In this document: positions 9,318-17,707 of the stretch, piece by piece
Layout: the number at the start of each line of letters is the position of its first letter
How positions within the stretch are numbered: the stretch's first letter is position 1
IMG/VR virus record: IMGVR_UViG_3300028832_000024
DNA: 45,708 nt
Strand: one strand, 5' to 3'
DNA from: a virus
Made by a program: the position numbers and the translations under genes
The notes under the pieces: model-generated
What the model saw: only the letters and a program-made list of their open reading frames with translations
Database searches by the model: none
Told to the model about the DNA's origin: nothing

Positions 9318-9364
9318 AAAAAGGCCGAACAGGTAACGGGGCGGGTTCGCCCCTGTCCGGCCTT
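9318..9364 (-). terminator. Strong hairpin plus T-tract immediately upstream of the terL start codon
   Basis: Minus-strand AAGGCCGGACAGG-GGCGAACCCGCC-CCGTTA-CCTGTTCGGCCTT. This gives a 13-bp outer stem with one G-U pair and an inner GGCG/CGCC stem. It runs into TTTTT, and 8 nt later comes the terL ATG. Confidence 0.7.
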
Positions 9365-9379
9365 GCGGTCAAAAGGAAT

Positions 9380-9655
9380 TTATACGCTTTTCGATTCGAA
9401 ATTATCCGCCCACTTAAAAATAACCTTGCATTTTGCAAAATCTTCGCGGCGCGTGTCATATATCCACAAACGGAAATAATGCGGTTCCGCGTCGGGAAAC
9501 TTTTTACAAAACAATTGGTAGGCGTTTTCGATCCTGTTTAGATCCCGAATCGTTTTCGCCCTTTCCTGTATAACTTGTTCGAACGCCTGTCCAAACGTCT
9601 TTTTTTCATCAATTAAAAGACGCTTAAACATATCGTCTATAAATTCGTGTTCCAT
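9380..9655 (-). CDS. Hypothetical protein (91 aa from ATG 9655)
   Basis: The track ORF 9380..9670 starts at TTG. The first ATG (MEHEFIDD...) overlaps the upstream stop codon as TAATG. Confidence 0.5.
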   Translation of the reverse strand: MEHEFIDDMFKRLLIDEKKTFGQAFEQVIQERAKTIRDLNRIENAYQLFCKKFPDAEPHYFRLWIYDTRREDFAKCKVIFKWADNFESKSV

Positions 9656-9792
9656 TATGTATTCGCCCAATATTTCGGTTTATCCCATATTTTCCAATAA
9701 TGCGCGTACCCGATTTCGTGGCGTTTGTACGCCAAATCCAATTCGCGCCCCGCCTTTGATCGTTTACGGCGTGTTGTGTATCGCATCGGCAT
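9655..9792 (-). CDS. Hypothetical small basic protein (45 aa)
   Basis: ATG at 9792, 2 nt after the terS stop. Its own stop overlaps the next ATG (TAATG), which suggests translational coupling. Confidence 0.4.
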   Translation of the reverse strand: MPMRYTTRRKRSKAGRELDLAYKRHEIGYAHYWKIWDKPKYWANT

Positions 9793-9793
9793 A

Positions 9794-10345
9794 CTATTTC
9801 GTATTGATTGCGTTAATAACCTGTTCCAACAATTCGTCGGGAACATTCGTCAAAGAAACGTTCGATTTGGTTTCCGTTTCGATCTTTCCGCTTATTTCCT
9901 GTATATGGCGGTTCGACCATTGATCGGGCGCACGGTTGCACAACGCAAAGATAATTGCCGTTGCATTCGGCGCGGCCTTTTTGTGGACAACCTTTGTTTT
10001 ATTGACAACCAATTTACCGTTTTTGTCCAACGCCGATTCGGTTGTCGTTTCGTCCCATTCGTAACCCTGTACCAATTCTAACAGGGAACGTTTGCAGTCA
10101 ACGACCAATTGGGAATCGTACCAATCTTGGTATTGTCTTTCGGCATTTTTGACCGCTTCATAAAATTCACTATCTTCGTTTAGATGCCTGTAAAATGTTT
10201 GGTGCGAAACCCGCGCCGCCGTGTACGCGTCTTTGTACGATTTACCCGTGGCGATCGCCTTAACCATAATTTCCACTTTGGCGTCCGTCCATTGCGGTTT
10301 GCGCCCGCGTTTCGTCTTTGGTTCGGTTTTCTCTTTGTTTGCCAT
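9794..10345 (-). CDS. terS: Terminase small subunit (putative)
   Basis: N-terminal HTH-like segment GKSYKDAYTAARVSHQTFYRHL and the terminase-small-like motif AIIFALCNRAPDQW. First gene of the packaging block. Start taken at ATG 10345 (MANKEK...). Confidence 0.55.
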   Translation of the reverse strand: MANKEKTEPKTKRGRKPQWTDAKVEIMVKAIATGKSYKDAYTAARVSHQTFYRHLNEDSEFYEAVKNAERQYQDWYDSQLVVDCKRSLLELVQGYEWDETTTESALDKNGKLVVNKTKVVHKKAAPNATAIIFALCNRAPDQWSNRHIQEISGKIETETKSNVSLTNVPDELLEQVINAINTK

Positions 10346-10360
10346 AATACACGGTTTTTG

Positions 10361-10368
10361 CAAAAATA
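10361..10368 (-). promoter_or_regulatory. Candidate -7 box TATTTTTG upstream of terS
   Basis: Minus-strand TATTTTTG lies 15 nt upstream of the terS ATG, in a 50-nt gap. The -33 element is poor. Confidence 0.3.
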
Positions 10369-10396
10369 GTAAATTATCGGGAAACGGTTAACAATT

Positions 10397-10546
10397 TCAA
10401 TGTTTGTAAGTTGTCCGTAATTTCCAACTGTAACAAGAGTTTAACGGCCAAACAATCAGTTTAGACAGGGCGCACACGCCGGGGCCGTCCATTGCGTCCC
10501 ACTTGAAGAACGCGCACGTTTCACAGGTATTAGGACGTCTTGCCAT
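10397..10546 (-). CDS. Small Cys-rich protein (49 aa, CxxC...C...C)
   Basis: ATG at 10546, 1 nt after the upstream stop. Sequence MARRPNTCETCAFFKWDAMDGPGVCALSKLIVWPLNSCYSWK suggests a zinc-ribbon-like fold. Confidence 0.4.
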   Translation of the reverse strand: MARRPNTCETCAFFKWDAMDGPGVCALSKLIVWPLNSCYSWKLRTTYKH

Positions 10547-10547
10547 A

Positions 10548-11129
10548 TTAGATTTTGTATTCTTTTTCGAATTTTTCCTGTTCGATGATTTCGAAGCGTC
10601 CGGGGCCACGATACACGATATATGAATGTTCGGGCGCGTCGGCGTAAACGCTTCCGCTTGCGTTCAAGAATTGGAAAGCGATTTTTCCGTCGGGGACGAT
10701 CAGCAATTGGCCGTTACCCACGAACGACAACAATTGCGCATCGTTTCCCCTTTCGACCTGTACGGCCAAAATTTCGTTTGCGTCGTCAGTCTTTGAATAA
10801 TACGGCGTTCCCGCCGACGGATTTTCTTTCGCGTCCCGATCCAAACGGACTAACGCGGGATAACGTTCGTTTGAGAAAAGGACGGTAACGACGAAAACGT
10901 GGCGTTCGGGGTCGTCGTCCATTCCAATAAGGCGTTTTCCCGTGCGTCCCTCTATTGCGTCCCAAAGGGCCAACAAATATTCGGGTTCGTGGGCGTGGTT
11001 TTCGTAATCCGCTTCAAAAAAGAAATGATCGCCACCGTTGCACAATTCGCACGGTTTCCCCGTCAGCGATTCGACCATTACGGCCAATTCCATATCCCAC
11101 GGGGTAAGTTTGTTTTCCCAATATTCCAT
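10548..11129 (-). CDS. Hypothetical protein (193 aa)
   Basis: ATG ORF with a TAATG overlap to the upstream gene; no motif recognised. Confidence 0.55.
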   Translation of the reverse strand: MEYWENKLTPWDMELAVMVESLTGKPCELCNGGDHFFFEADYENHAHEPEYLLALWDAIEGRTGKRLIGMDDDPERHVFVVTVLFSNERYPALVRLDRDAKENPSAGTPYYSKTDDANEILAVQVERGNDAQLLSFVGNGQLLIVPDGKIAFQFLNASGSVYADAPEHSYIVYRGPGRFEIIEQEKFEKEYKI

Positions 11130-11632
11130 TACATTCGTTTTTTAATGATTTCCCAACCGTCCGCGCCTAACGCCATTTCGCGGGGGTATTCGGTAATATC
11201 GTCTTTCGGTACGACGATTCCATAAACCCCCAATTGGCCCTTTATCGGCATTTCGACAACACGGCGCGGATTGCGCATTAACCACCCGAACCCCTTTCGC
11301 GGTCGTTGATCTTCGGGGATACACGTAGCGGCCCAATCTTCGTTGGTAAATTCTTCCACGGGCTTTGTATCGTACAGTTCGACGAATCCGCACGTAACGC
11401 CCGACAAATGACGGCCCCACGGATCAACGGGTTTGGCCGACGAACATATCAGCAAATCGCCCCTGTAATTCGTGTTGCGCGTCCGAACCTCTATTGTTTT
11501 TGCCGCGTGGTACATTCCCGATTCGTCGCGGGCAATGGCCTTTGTCAACAAATCCGCGTACGGTTGTTTTACGGTCAGCGCGTGGAATAAATCGTGGATT
11601 TCGGGATCGTATTTTTTTCGGTCTATTTGCAT
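11129..11632 (-). CDS. ASCH/PUA-like domain protein (putative)
   Basis: ALTVKQPYADLL...AKTIEVRTRNTNYRGDLLICSS resembles the ASCH core pattern (QPWa.lI..G.KtiE.R...y.G.llI). Confidence 0.5.
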   Translation of the reverse strand: MQIDRKKYDPEIHDLFHALTVKQPYADLLTKAIARDESGMYHAAKTIEVRTRNTNYRGDLLICSSAKPVDPWGRHLSGVTCGFVELYDTKPVEEFTNEDWAATCIPEDQRPRKGFGWLMRNPRRVVEMPIKGQLGVYGIVVPKDDITEYPREMALGADGWEIIKKRM

Positions 11633-11634
11633 AA

Positions 11635-12033
11635 TTAGACGGGCATATCTTCAACCGTTGGCGTGTATTCGGGTGCGGGTGCGGGGGCGGGGGCCTGTTC
11701 GGGCTTCTTTCCCAACAGTTCCATTTCTTCCACGATTATTTCGGTAATATAACGGGTATTTCCCGATTCGTCCCTGTAATCGCGGGTTCGGATCTTTCCG
11801 ACAATCAAAAGGGGCGTACCCTTTTTTACGTACTGTTCGCACACGCCCGCCAACCCTGTTTGTTTTACGACGATATTGTGCCAATCCGTTACGTCGGGTA
11901 TATCCTTTCCGTCGCGCGTCTTGAATCCTCGTTCAGTCGTGGCCAACGTAAATTGTGCAACCTTACCGCCGTTTTCGAAATTGGTAATTCGGGGATCTTG
12001 CCCGACATTTCCTTTTAGAAAAACTTTATTCAT
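11635..12033 (-). CDS. ssb: Single-stranded DNA-binding protein
   Basis: OB-fold SSB pattern MNKVFLKGNVGQDPRITNFENGGKVAQFTLATTE...WHNIVV...LLIVGKIRTRDY, a PAPAPAP linker and an acidic tip EDMPV. ATG 12033 overlaps the upstream stop as ATGA. Confidence 0.85.
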   Translation of the reverse strand: MNKVFLKGNVGQDPRITNFENGGKVAQFTLATTERGFKTRDGKDIPDVTDWHNIVVKQTGLAGVCEQYVKKGTPLLIVGKIRTRDYRDESGNTRYITEIIVEEMELLGKKPEQAPAPAPAPEYTPTVEDMPV

Positions 12034-12452
12034 AAATCGGAATATTCCTTTTTCAATTGTTCGATTATAATTTGGTTCCCCGCAAATATACGCATATTCT
12101 TGCGGTCGCCGTTTTCCCACCTGTTGTGCATTTCAAACGATAGGATATTGACGTTTCGCGGATCGTGGGCCATTTCGGGGTGCGCCCCACGCGTCAAGAT
12201 ATGGGAAATATACGTGGCCGAATATTGTTTAAGCGGGCGCATCGTTTCCGCGCATTGGTGCGGGTAATGATCCCAACAAAATCGGTAAAAACGTTCGTTT
12301 TCCTGTGGCGTGTGGCCCGTTCCGAAAAGTTCCCGTTGGATTGCAACACGCAACCGTATATCCATTGCGAACCGACGGTCCAACAACGGTTCGATTCCGT
12401 GCGCCTTGCAAAGATCATATTCGGCGCGGGTTGTAATCAAAACGGGTTCCAT
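12030..12452 (-). CDS. Hypothetical protein, possibly HNH-like nuclease
   Basis: His-rich segment ISHILTRGAHPEMAHDPRNVNILSFEMHNRWENG loosely fits an H-N-H arrangement. Not verified. Confidence 0.3.
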   Translation of the reverse strand: MEPVLITTRAEYDLCKAHGIEPLLDRRFAMDIRLRVAIQRELFGTGHTPQENERFYRFCWDHYPHQCAETMRPLKQYSATYISHILTRGAHPEMAHDPRNVNILSFEMHNRWENGDRKNMRIFAGNQIIIEQLKKEYSDL

Positions 12453-12928
12453 TATTCGCCGAATACGGCCATTTCCGCCGTTTTGTCCTCAAACAAATAA
12501 GCGTGGGTTTCTTCGACAACCTTATCGGCAAATACCGTCAGTTCGGCGGCCACGTCCTTTTCGCTTGTCTTATACTTGATTCGCGGGGTTTTGAACGTTA
12601 CGCGCCCGAACGCGGTTTCAATGTTGCCAATAATGGAAATGCCGATATTGTCGTTTTTTCCCGCGAAAGCAATTCCCGTGGGTTCGATTTTCGACACGCC
12701 CATTTCATAATCCGCCAACCATTCCGTATTGTTGAAAATTTTCGTTGCGATCGCGCGAAGATCCCGCGAAAACAGGGATTCAAAATCGGGGTGCATCGGG
12801 CGCGATACCTTGACGTGGTATTCGTTTTCGGTAACGCTTCCGTTATCGTCGGTTTCGGAAATTCGGTATTTGCAATCCACGCCGAACATTCCAACTTTAA
12901 GGGAACGTAATTCAAAAGTTTTTTCCAT
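12452..12928 (-). CDS. Hypothetical protein (158 aa from ATG 12928)
   Basis: The track ORF extends to 12997. The first ATG (MEKTFELRSL) lies 16 nt after the upstream stop. Confidence 0.5.
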   Translation of the reverse strand: MEKTFELRSLKVGMFGVDCKYRISETDDNGSVTENEYHVKVSRPMHPDFESLFSRDLRAIATKIFNNTEWLADYEMGVSKIEPTGIAFAGKNDNIGISIIGNIETAFGRVTFKTPRIKYKTSEKDVAAELTVFADKVVEETHAYLFEDKTAEMAVFGE

Positions 12929-12944
12929 ATCGCTTTTTGGTTTA

Positions 12945-13133
12945 TTATTTTGCCGGTTCCGCCGGTTCGGGTTGTAAGACTGATACCGCAACGTCAATCA
13001 ATTTTAGAATATCTTCCAACACGGCGATTGACGCGGGATTGGTATTCTTTTCCTTTTTGGCGTGGGTTAGCCAATTGTTGACGTATTCCCGCGTTAGCGC
13101 GGGCGTGTTGTTGAATTTGATAGTTTTTGCCAT
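12945..13133 (-). CDS. Hypothetical small protein (62 aa)
   Basis: ATG ORF tightly packed between neighbouring genes. Confidence 0.5.
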   Translation of the reverse strand: MAKTIKFNNTPALTREYVNNWLTHAKKEKNTNPASIAVLEDILKLIDVAVSVLQPEPAEPAK

Positions 13134-13135
13134 AA

Positions 13136-13972
13136 TTAGAAATCGTTTTGTTCCAACAGTTCATTAGCCGCCGTTAATTTTGCCGAATTTTCGATTTGCG
13201 GGGCTTTTTCCTGTTGGACGGGTAATTTATCATTTTCGGAAATTGGATTGAAATTTGGACAGGTTACGGGCTTTTCGGGCATTTGTCCGAATTTCTTTGC
13301 GGATTCGGCCGCAATACGGGCGGCGTTCCCGTCCTGTTTGGCCTGTTCCTGTTCGTCGGGGTATTCCTTTACTTTCAGTTCGACCAATTCGTTTTCGATA
13401 AGGACGGGCAAGCAACGGGCAACGGCCTTGCAGTCCTCTAACGCGTCGTGTGCTTCGAACGTTTCGCCGGGGAAACAACGGTCGTATAGTTCGCCCAAAT
13501 TCGGGAATTTCAAACGGCCCGACGCGAAACGGGCGTCCACCCATTTCATCGTCGAACGCATCGTGTCAATACGTTTGCCTTTATACAGGGCGGATTCCAC
13601 GTCGTTTGCGTCGTAATATTCGCGCCCCAATTCGCGCAAGATATTGGCCTTAATGATTCCCGTATCAAAATGGATATTGTGGCCGCAAATAAGGCCCGCT
13701 TCGTGGCAATCCTGTATCAGCATATCAACAACGGCCGCGAACGGTTCGCCGTGTTCAAGCGCGTATTCCGTGGTAATTCCGTGGACCTGTTGCGCATCTT
13801 CGGGAATTTCCCACCCGTCGGGCCGTATAATGTGGTTTTCGGCCTTGCAACCGTGCAACCACGCAATTTGTACGACGTGCGGATAATCCATATAGTCGGA
13901 ATCCCATTTCGCCGCGCGATCGGGAATCCCCGTCGTTTCCGTGTCTAAAAATAAAACGTCCTTGATTTCCAT
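13136..13972 (-). CDS. DEDDh (DnaQ-like) 3'-5' exonuclease
   Basis: Exo I FLDTETTG, Exo II GHNIHFD, Exo III HDALEDC. Start taken at ATG 13972 (MEIKDVLF...). Confidence 0.85.
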   Translation of the reverse strand: MEIKDVLFLDTETTGIPDRAAKWDSDYMDYPHVVQIAWLHGCKAENHIIRPDGWEIPEDAQQVHGITTEYALEHGEPFAAVVDMLIQDCHEAGLICGHNIHFDTGIIKANILRELGREYYDANDVESALYKGKRIDTMRSTMKWVDARFASGRLKFPNLGELYDRCFPGETFEAHDALEDCKAVARCLPVLIENELVELKVKEYPDEQEQAKQDGNAARIAAESAKKFGQMPEKPVTCPNFNPISENDKLPVQQEKAPQIENSAKLTAANELLEQNDF

Positions 13973-13982
13973 TGTATCGCCT

Positions 13983-14153
13983 TTATTTGTTGTCAATAAC
14001 TGTTTGTGTTTTGTCGGGCTTGTTTCCGTACAGGGTCCCGAAACGCATTCCGTCCCATTCGCGTTGCGCCTTTTCCCACGTATAGACCGTAAAGGACCAA
14101 CCCGAACCAACGATCGTGTAACTTACGTAATCTTTTGGATCTATTTTTTTCAT
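13983..14153 (-). CDS. Hypothetical small protein (56 aa)
   Basis: ATG 14153 lies 1 nt after the upstream stop; co-directional packing. Confidence 0.4.
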   Translation of the reverse strand: MKKIDPKDYVSYTIVGSGWSFTVYTWEKAQREWDGMRFGTLYGNKPDKTQTVIDNK

Positions 14154-14154
14154 T

Positions 14155-14559
14155 TTACAGGGTTTTAGGATCTTCGATATAAACGAACAGGTTTTCGGCG
14201 GCAAACTGTTTTACCCATTCCAAAAATTCGGAAAAGTCAGTTTTTGACATTTCGCGGGCTTCCATTAAATCGCCCAAACCGGACCAACAATTTACGCATT
14301 GTTCACGTAACCAAACGTCGGTTTGTCTTTCCGTTTTCCGTTCGCCTGTTTCATAAAGTGCCACTTGAATCGTCGGAACAATGTAATTGTAATAATACGC
14401 CAATTGCAATTCCGTTGAACCACGTTCGGCCGATTCGAAGCGGACGACAACGCGTTCGCCTTTATGGGCTTCGAAAAAAGCGTTTACCCGATCCATTGGC
14501 ATACGCAATTTTCCGTCGGCCCCGATCAGTCCCGATTCGCTAATTTTCGTTTGTTTCAT
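14155..14559 (-). CDS. Hypothetical protein (134 aa)
   Basis: ATG ORF in the replication block; no motif recognised. Confidence 0.5.
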   Translation of the reverse strand: MKQTKISESGLIGADGKLRMPMDRVNAFFEAHKGERVVVRFESAERGSTELQLAYYYNYIVPTIQVALYETGERKTERQTDVWLREQCVNCWSGLGDLMEAREMSKTDFSEFLEWVKQFAAENLFVYIEDPKTL

Positions 14560-14800
14560 CTTCGAACCAATATTCTTTGTAACGAATCCCGTCGGGGGTA
14601 ATTAACCATTTGTCTTTCATTACATACCCCGTAATTTTTCCGTCGCGGATCTTTTGACGGATAACGCAAAAACAGGTGTGCATTTCGGAAACGCGAAATT
14701 CCCTACTGTCATATAACGAAAGGCGTCGGCCATTCTTCAACGCGCCGATAATCTTTCCGATTGCGGCGGTTCGGTTAGTTGCTTGTTTTAGTGTGTCCAT
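14540..14800 (-). CDS. Putative winged-helix DNA-binding protein
   Basis: KIIGALKNGRRLSLYDSREFRVSEMHTCFCVIRQKIRDGKITGYV resembles the phage HTH_39-like pattern (name, target and recognition helix followed by R.k...G..I). Confidence 0.35.
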   Translation of the reverse strand: MDTLKQATNRTAAIGKIIGALKNGRRLSLYDSREFRVSEMHTCFCVIRQKIRDGKITGYVMKDKWLITPDGIRYKEYWFEDETNEN

Positions 14801-14802
14801 AA

Positions 14803-15219
14803 TTAGTTCGTGTTCTTTTTTGGGATCAATGCCGATTCAAGTTCGGGGAATTCTTCGCAAACGATTTGGGCGACAGTTAGGTTATACGCCTGTTGGCCCA
14901 ATTGCTGAATGTATTTCCGTTCGGCGTTCGTGCGTTCGGACGTTCCCGTAAGGATTTTGGCATATTCCAATGCAAAATCGGAAACGGACAAATCCATTAC
15001 GCGGTCCACGGGGTGCGCGGGCAACTTGTAACCGACGGCCCCGCCCGCCTTGCGCATTGCTTCGAACGATTTGCGCGACGTGTTCCTGTCCTCTTTTTGC
15101 GCGGTTAGATACGCGGCAAGATTCTTTTCGAAACGGTCAGATACGACAATATCGGAAACCGTTTTGCCCCGTAAACCCTTGCAAGCGTTGATCTTGTTTT
15201 TTGTTGCTTTGTCTAACAT
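14803..15219 (-). CDS. Hypothetical protein (138 aa from ATG 15219)
   Basis: First ATG (MLDKATKNK...) of track ORF 14803..15255. Confidence 0.5.
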   Translation of the reverse strand: MLDKATKNKINACKGLRGKTVSDIVVSDRFEKNLAAYLTAQKEDRNTSRKSFEAMRKAGGAVGYKLPAHPVDRVMDLSVSDFALEYAKILTGTSERTNAERKYIQQLGQQAYNLTVAQIVCEEFPELESALIPKKNTN

Positions 15220-15267
15220 AATGTGAAAAGGCCGTGGCGGAATGACAACCGCCACGGCGCGATTGAT

Positions 15268-16677
15268 TTAACGTTCGGTATATTCTTCGACCAACATTTC
15301 GGTTTGTCCGCGTTGGACCTGTTCGATGAACCCTTGAAATCCGTTCTTTCGGGCAATTTCCACGATCGTTTGCAACCGCTTCGCGCCCAAAGATTCGCCA
15401 CGGGCAATTCGGAAAACCTTAACGGTCGGGTTGGAAGCAATGACCAATTTAGCCGCGATTTCCATTGTTTGAGAATCGGAAACTTTGCCGGGGACGAACG
15501 GAACGCCGTTCAGTTCCAAACCGTCGTCCGTAAAGGACAAACCCGCGATCGGCAATTCAGCGTTTGCGATAAGGTCGGCGCGTTCCGTGGAAAGTTCCGC
15601 GATTTGGCGGTCCATTTCTTCCGATTTGGCCTTGATCGTGTCGTATTGGGCTTTTTTTTCCTTGTACTGACAAACGACGTTGTAACGCTTGTTATGGGCT
15701 TCCGCCTGTTCCAACAGGGCCGGGACGTCAGTATTTTCGGGGTTGTTCGCTTCGTATTTTGCCAACCATTGTTCGCCATTGGCCTTGCGTTCAGCGAACG
15801 ACGCGCGATCCGCTTCAATGGCGGCAAGGTTTTCGGACAATACGGCGTCAATCTTCGCGGACGCTTCCTTTTCATCGGCCAACGCCTTTTCGTACGCGGC
15901 TTTGGCGGCGGCAACCCTGTCGGCGTAAACCTTGCGGGTTTCGTCCGCCTTTGCTTTTTCCGCTTCAATTCGTCCGGGGATCGCGGCCAACTGTTCCGTG
16001 CGTTGCGCGACGGCGGCGCGTACCGTTTTGGCCTTTTCAATCAATTGGGCGTTGATTTGCTGACGTTCCATTAACGCGGTAACGTCAACAGGCATTGCGT
16101 ACCGGTCAACGTCGCCCGGGTTCAACTGTTTGGCCATCGTGTCCACGAATCCGGCGAACGTCTTGACGTCGCGGTTGATCCCGGTACGTTCGGATTTCAG
16201 TCCGGCCACGGTTACGTCAATTTCGTCAATCCTCTTTCGGACGGGTTCGGGCAACAGGGCCTTAACAACCGCGATTTGCTTCCGGCGTCCGTCGGCGGTT
16301 TCCGACCAACGGGAAAATTCCACGGCGTCAAAATCTTGATACCCGAAAATCCGTTGAAGCATTGAAACGTTGTTCGTCGCCATTCCGGTTGTCTTTTGCT
16401 TGATCGTCAGCGTACCGCGCGGGTTCGCTTCCGTGAACGACAGTTGTACGTCGTATTCTTCGCCGTCGTCGCCCACGATCATTTTGGCAAAGCCCTTTGA
16501 CGCGCCGTTACGTAACACGTCGTCCCGGTTTCCGGTCAGTAATGCGCCGATCGCTTTCAACAACGTGGATTTTCCTAATTCGTTGTCGCCGGTAATGAAA
16601 TACACGGATCCGTCAAAGTCGGCGGAAAACTCTTTGATAACTTGGAAATTCAGTAATTCCAAACGCTTGATATACAT
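15268..16677 (-). CDS. SMC/Rad50/SbcC-like AAA ATPase
   Basis: N-terminal Walker A FITGDNELGKSTLLKAIG, a roughly 200-aa A/E/K-rich coiled-coil middle, and a C-terminal globular part. This is the architecture of RecF/RecN/SMC-type ATPases. Confidence 0.7.
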   Translation of the reverse strand: MYIKRLELLNFQVIKEFSADFDGSVYFITGDNELGKSTLLKAIGALLTGNRDDVLRNGASKGFAKMIVGDDGEEYDVQLSFTEANPRGTLTIKQKTTGMATNNVSMLQRIFGYQDFDAVEFSRWSETADGRRKQIAVVKALLPEPVRKRIDEIDVTVAGLKSERTGINRDVKTFAGFVDTMAKQLNPGDVDRYAMPVDVTALMERQQINAQLIEKAKTVRAAVAQRTEQLAAIPGRIEAEKAKADETRKVYADRVAAAKAAYEKALADEKEASAKIDAVLSENLAAIEADRASFAERKANGEQWLAKYEANNPENTDVPALLEQAEAHNKRYNVVCQYKEKKAQYDTIKAKSEEMDRQIAELSTERADLIANAELPIAGLSFTDDGLELNGVPFVPGKVSDSQTMEIAAKLVIASNPTVKVFRIARGESLGAKRLQTIVEIARKNGFQGFIEQVQRGQTEMLVEEYTER

Positions 16678-16722
16678 TGTATCGCCTGTATTTGTGGGGC
16701 CGGTTGCCCGGCCCCGGGTTAA

Positions 16723-17148
16723 TTATTTCAATTCACGCTTCCACACGTTCCCGACGGACTTATCCCCACAATCCCAAATGTCCCAAATCCGCCCGTCAGC
16801 GTTTACGAAAGTCAAGTGGCCCGCCATTGAAAGGATATAAACCCAACCGCCGACGGCAAGTCTTTCACAGTATTCGCGCCCCGTGAATCGGGTCCCGTCC
16901 GCGTGGCGTGGCATCGGGCATTTCACGAACCCGCGCGTTTCAAGGAATTTGACGTACGTTTCCGGGCAATCCATTGCCGTACCGCGCTTGATTCCAAGTT
17001 CCGCCAATTCCCGGTAAACCTGTTCCCACGATTCGCCCAAAAAGGCCGAAATCGCACGTACAACACAATCCCCGGTTTTACGTCCTTTGGGGTTGACGTT
17101 TGAGAAATGAAACGTTGCCGTGCCCTGTTCTCTTTTCATCTTTGCCAT
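16723..17148 (-). CDS. Hypothetical protein, possibly a papain-like Cys/His hydrolase
   Basis: GDCVVRAIS near the N-terminus and SMAGHLTFVNADGRIWDIWD near the C-terminus could form a Cys-His-Asp triad. Inference only. Start taken at ATG 17148. Confidence 0.3.
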   Translation of the reverse strand: MAKMKREQGTATFHFSNVNPKGRKTGDCVVRAISAFLGESWEQVYRELAELGIKRGTAMDCPETYVKFLETRGFVKCPMPRHADGTRFTGREYCERLAVGGWVYILSMAGHLTFVNADGRIWDIWDCGDKSVGNVWKRELK

Positions 17149-17169
17149 TGCAAACAAAATTTAAGTTCC

Positions 17170-17188
17170 CGGGAATCGGCCCGGTCCG
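17170..17188 (-). promoter_or_regulatory. Orphan copy of the conserved leader hairpin (no promoter box) between the tRNAs and the next gene
   Basis: cgggaatcggcccggtccg is near-identical to the hairpin in the leaders of promoters P-A (28802..28820) and P-D (17629..17647). Confidence 0.5.
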
Positions 17189-17272
17189 TTTGGGTTGGGT
17201 TTCCTTATCAACTATTCCATTGCGGGCGGTTGTAGTCATTAAATCCCCTTTTGCTGATTTCGGAAACCCTTG

Positions 17273-17354
17273 TACCCCCGCCCGGACTTGAACCGGGACC
17301 CCTGTACGGGACGACATTTTGAGTGTCGCGCGGCTACCTTTTCGCCACGGGGGT
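17273..17354 (-). tRNA. tRNA-Leu(CAA): tRNA-Leu (anticodon CAA), type II with long variable arm
   Basis: Folded by hand. 7-bp acceptor stem ACCCCCG/CGGGGGT, D stem GCG/CGC with a GG loop, anticodon stem CGACA/TGTCG with loop CTCAAAA, 14-nt variable arm, T stem CCCGG/CCGGG with loop TTCAAGT. 82 nt; no encoded CCA. Confidence 0.85.
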
Positions 17355-17360
17355 ATTTTG

Positions 17361-17431
17361 TTGTTGCGTCCGGATTTGAACCGAAACTGTTGGAACCAAA
17401 ATCCAAAGTGCTACCGTTACACCACGCAACA
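17361..17431 (-). tRNA. tRNA-Gln(TTG): tRNA-Gln (anticodon TTG)
   Basis: 7-bp acceptor stem TGTTGCG/CGCAACA, D loop AACGGTA, anticodon stem TTGGA/TCCAA with loop TTTTGGT, T stem TTCGG/CCGGA with loop TTCAAAT. 71 nt. Confidence 0.8.
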
Positions 17432-17441
17432 ATTGTGTATC

Positions 17442-17612
17442 TTAAACGGCGATCCGGCCGATATTGTTTTTCAACATAATCGCGGCCATTGCCATCGCCA
17501 TAACTTTCGCCTGTTCGTCGTTCAGTCCCTCAAAGTTTTTGCGGATAAAATCGCCCTCTTTTTCCATATAGGCATTGACGATACCGCTTGCAATTTCTTT
17601 TACGCTTTTCAT
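17442..17612 (-). CDS. Small protein (56 aa), first gene behind promoter P-D
   Basis: Hand-translated: MKSVKEIASGIVNAYMEKEGDFIRKNFEGLNDEQAKVMAMAMAAIMLKNNIGRIAV. It falls below the 60-aa cut-off of the ORF track. Positioned 17 nt after the conserved leader. Confidence 0.5.
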   Translation of the reverse strand: MKSVKEIASGIVNAYMEKEGDFIRKNFEGLNDEQAKVMAMAMAAIMLKNNIGRIAV

Positions 17613-17628
17613 TTCTCTTTGTCTTTAC

Positions 17629-17702
17629 CGGGAACCGGCCCGGTCCGTGGGTTACAACCTTAACCCGACACAAAGGTAAGGATAATTTTTATATTTCCAA
17701 AA
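17629..17702 (-). promoter_or_regulatory. Promoter P-D with conserved two-hairpin leader
   Basis: Minus strand: TTTTGG (17697..17702), 19-nt spacer, TACCTTTG (17671..17678), then hairpins GGGTTAAGGTTGTAACCC and CGGACCGGGCCGGTTCCCG. Confidence 0.65.
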
Positions 17703-17707
17703 GATTT

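Noticed and set aside
17361-17431. Suppressor tRNA that could read the in-frame TAA at 32650..32652
   Set aside because: The anticodon loop TTTTGGT gives the anticodon TTG (normal Gln, decodes CAA/CAG), not TTA. The neighbouring tRNA has CAA (Leu). Neither can decode a stop codon without editing.
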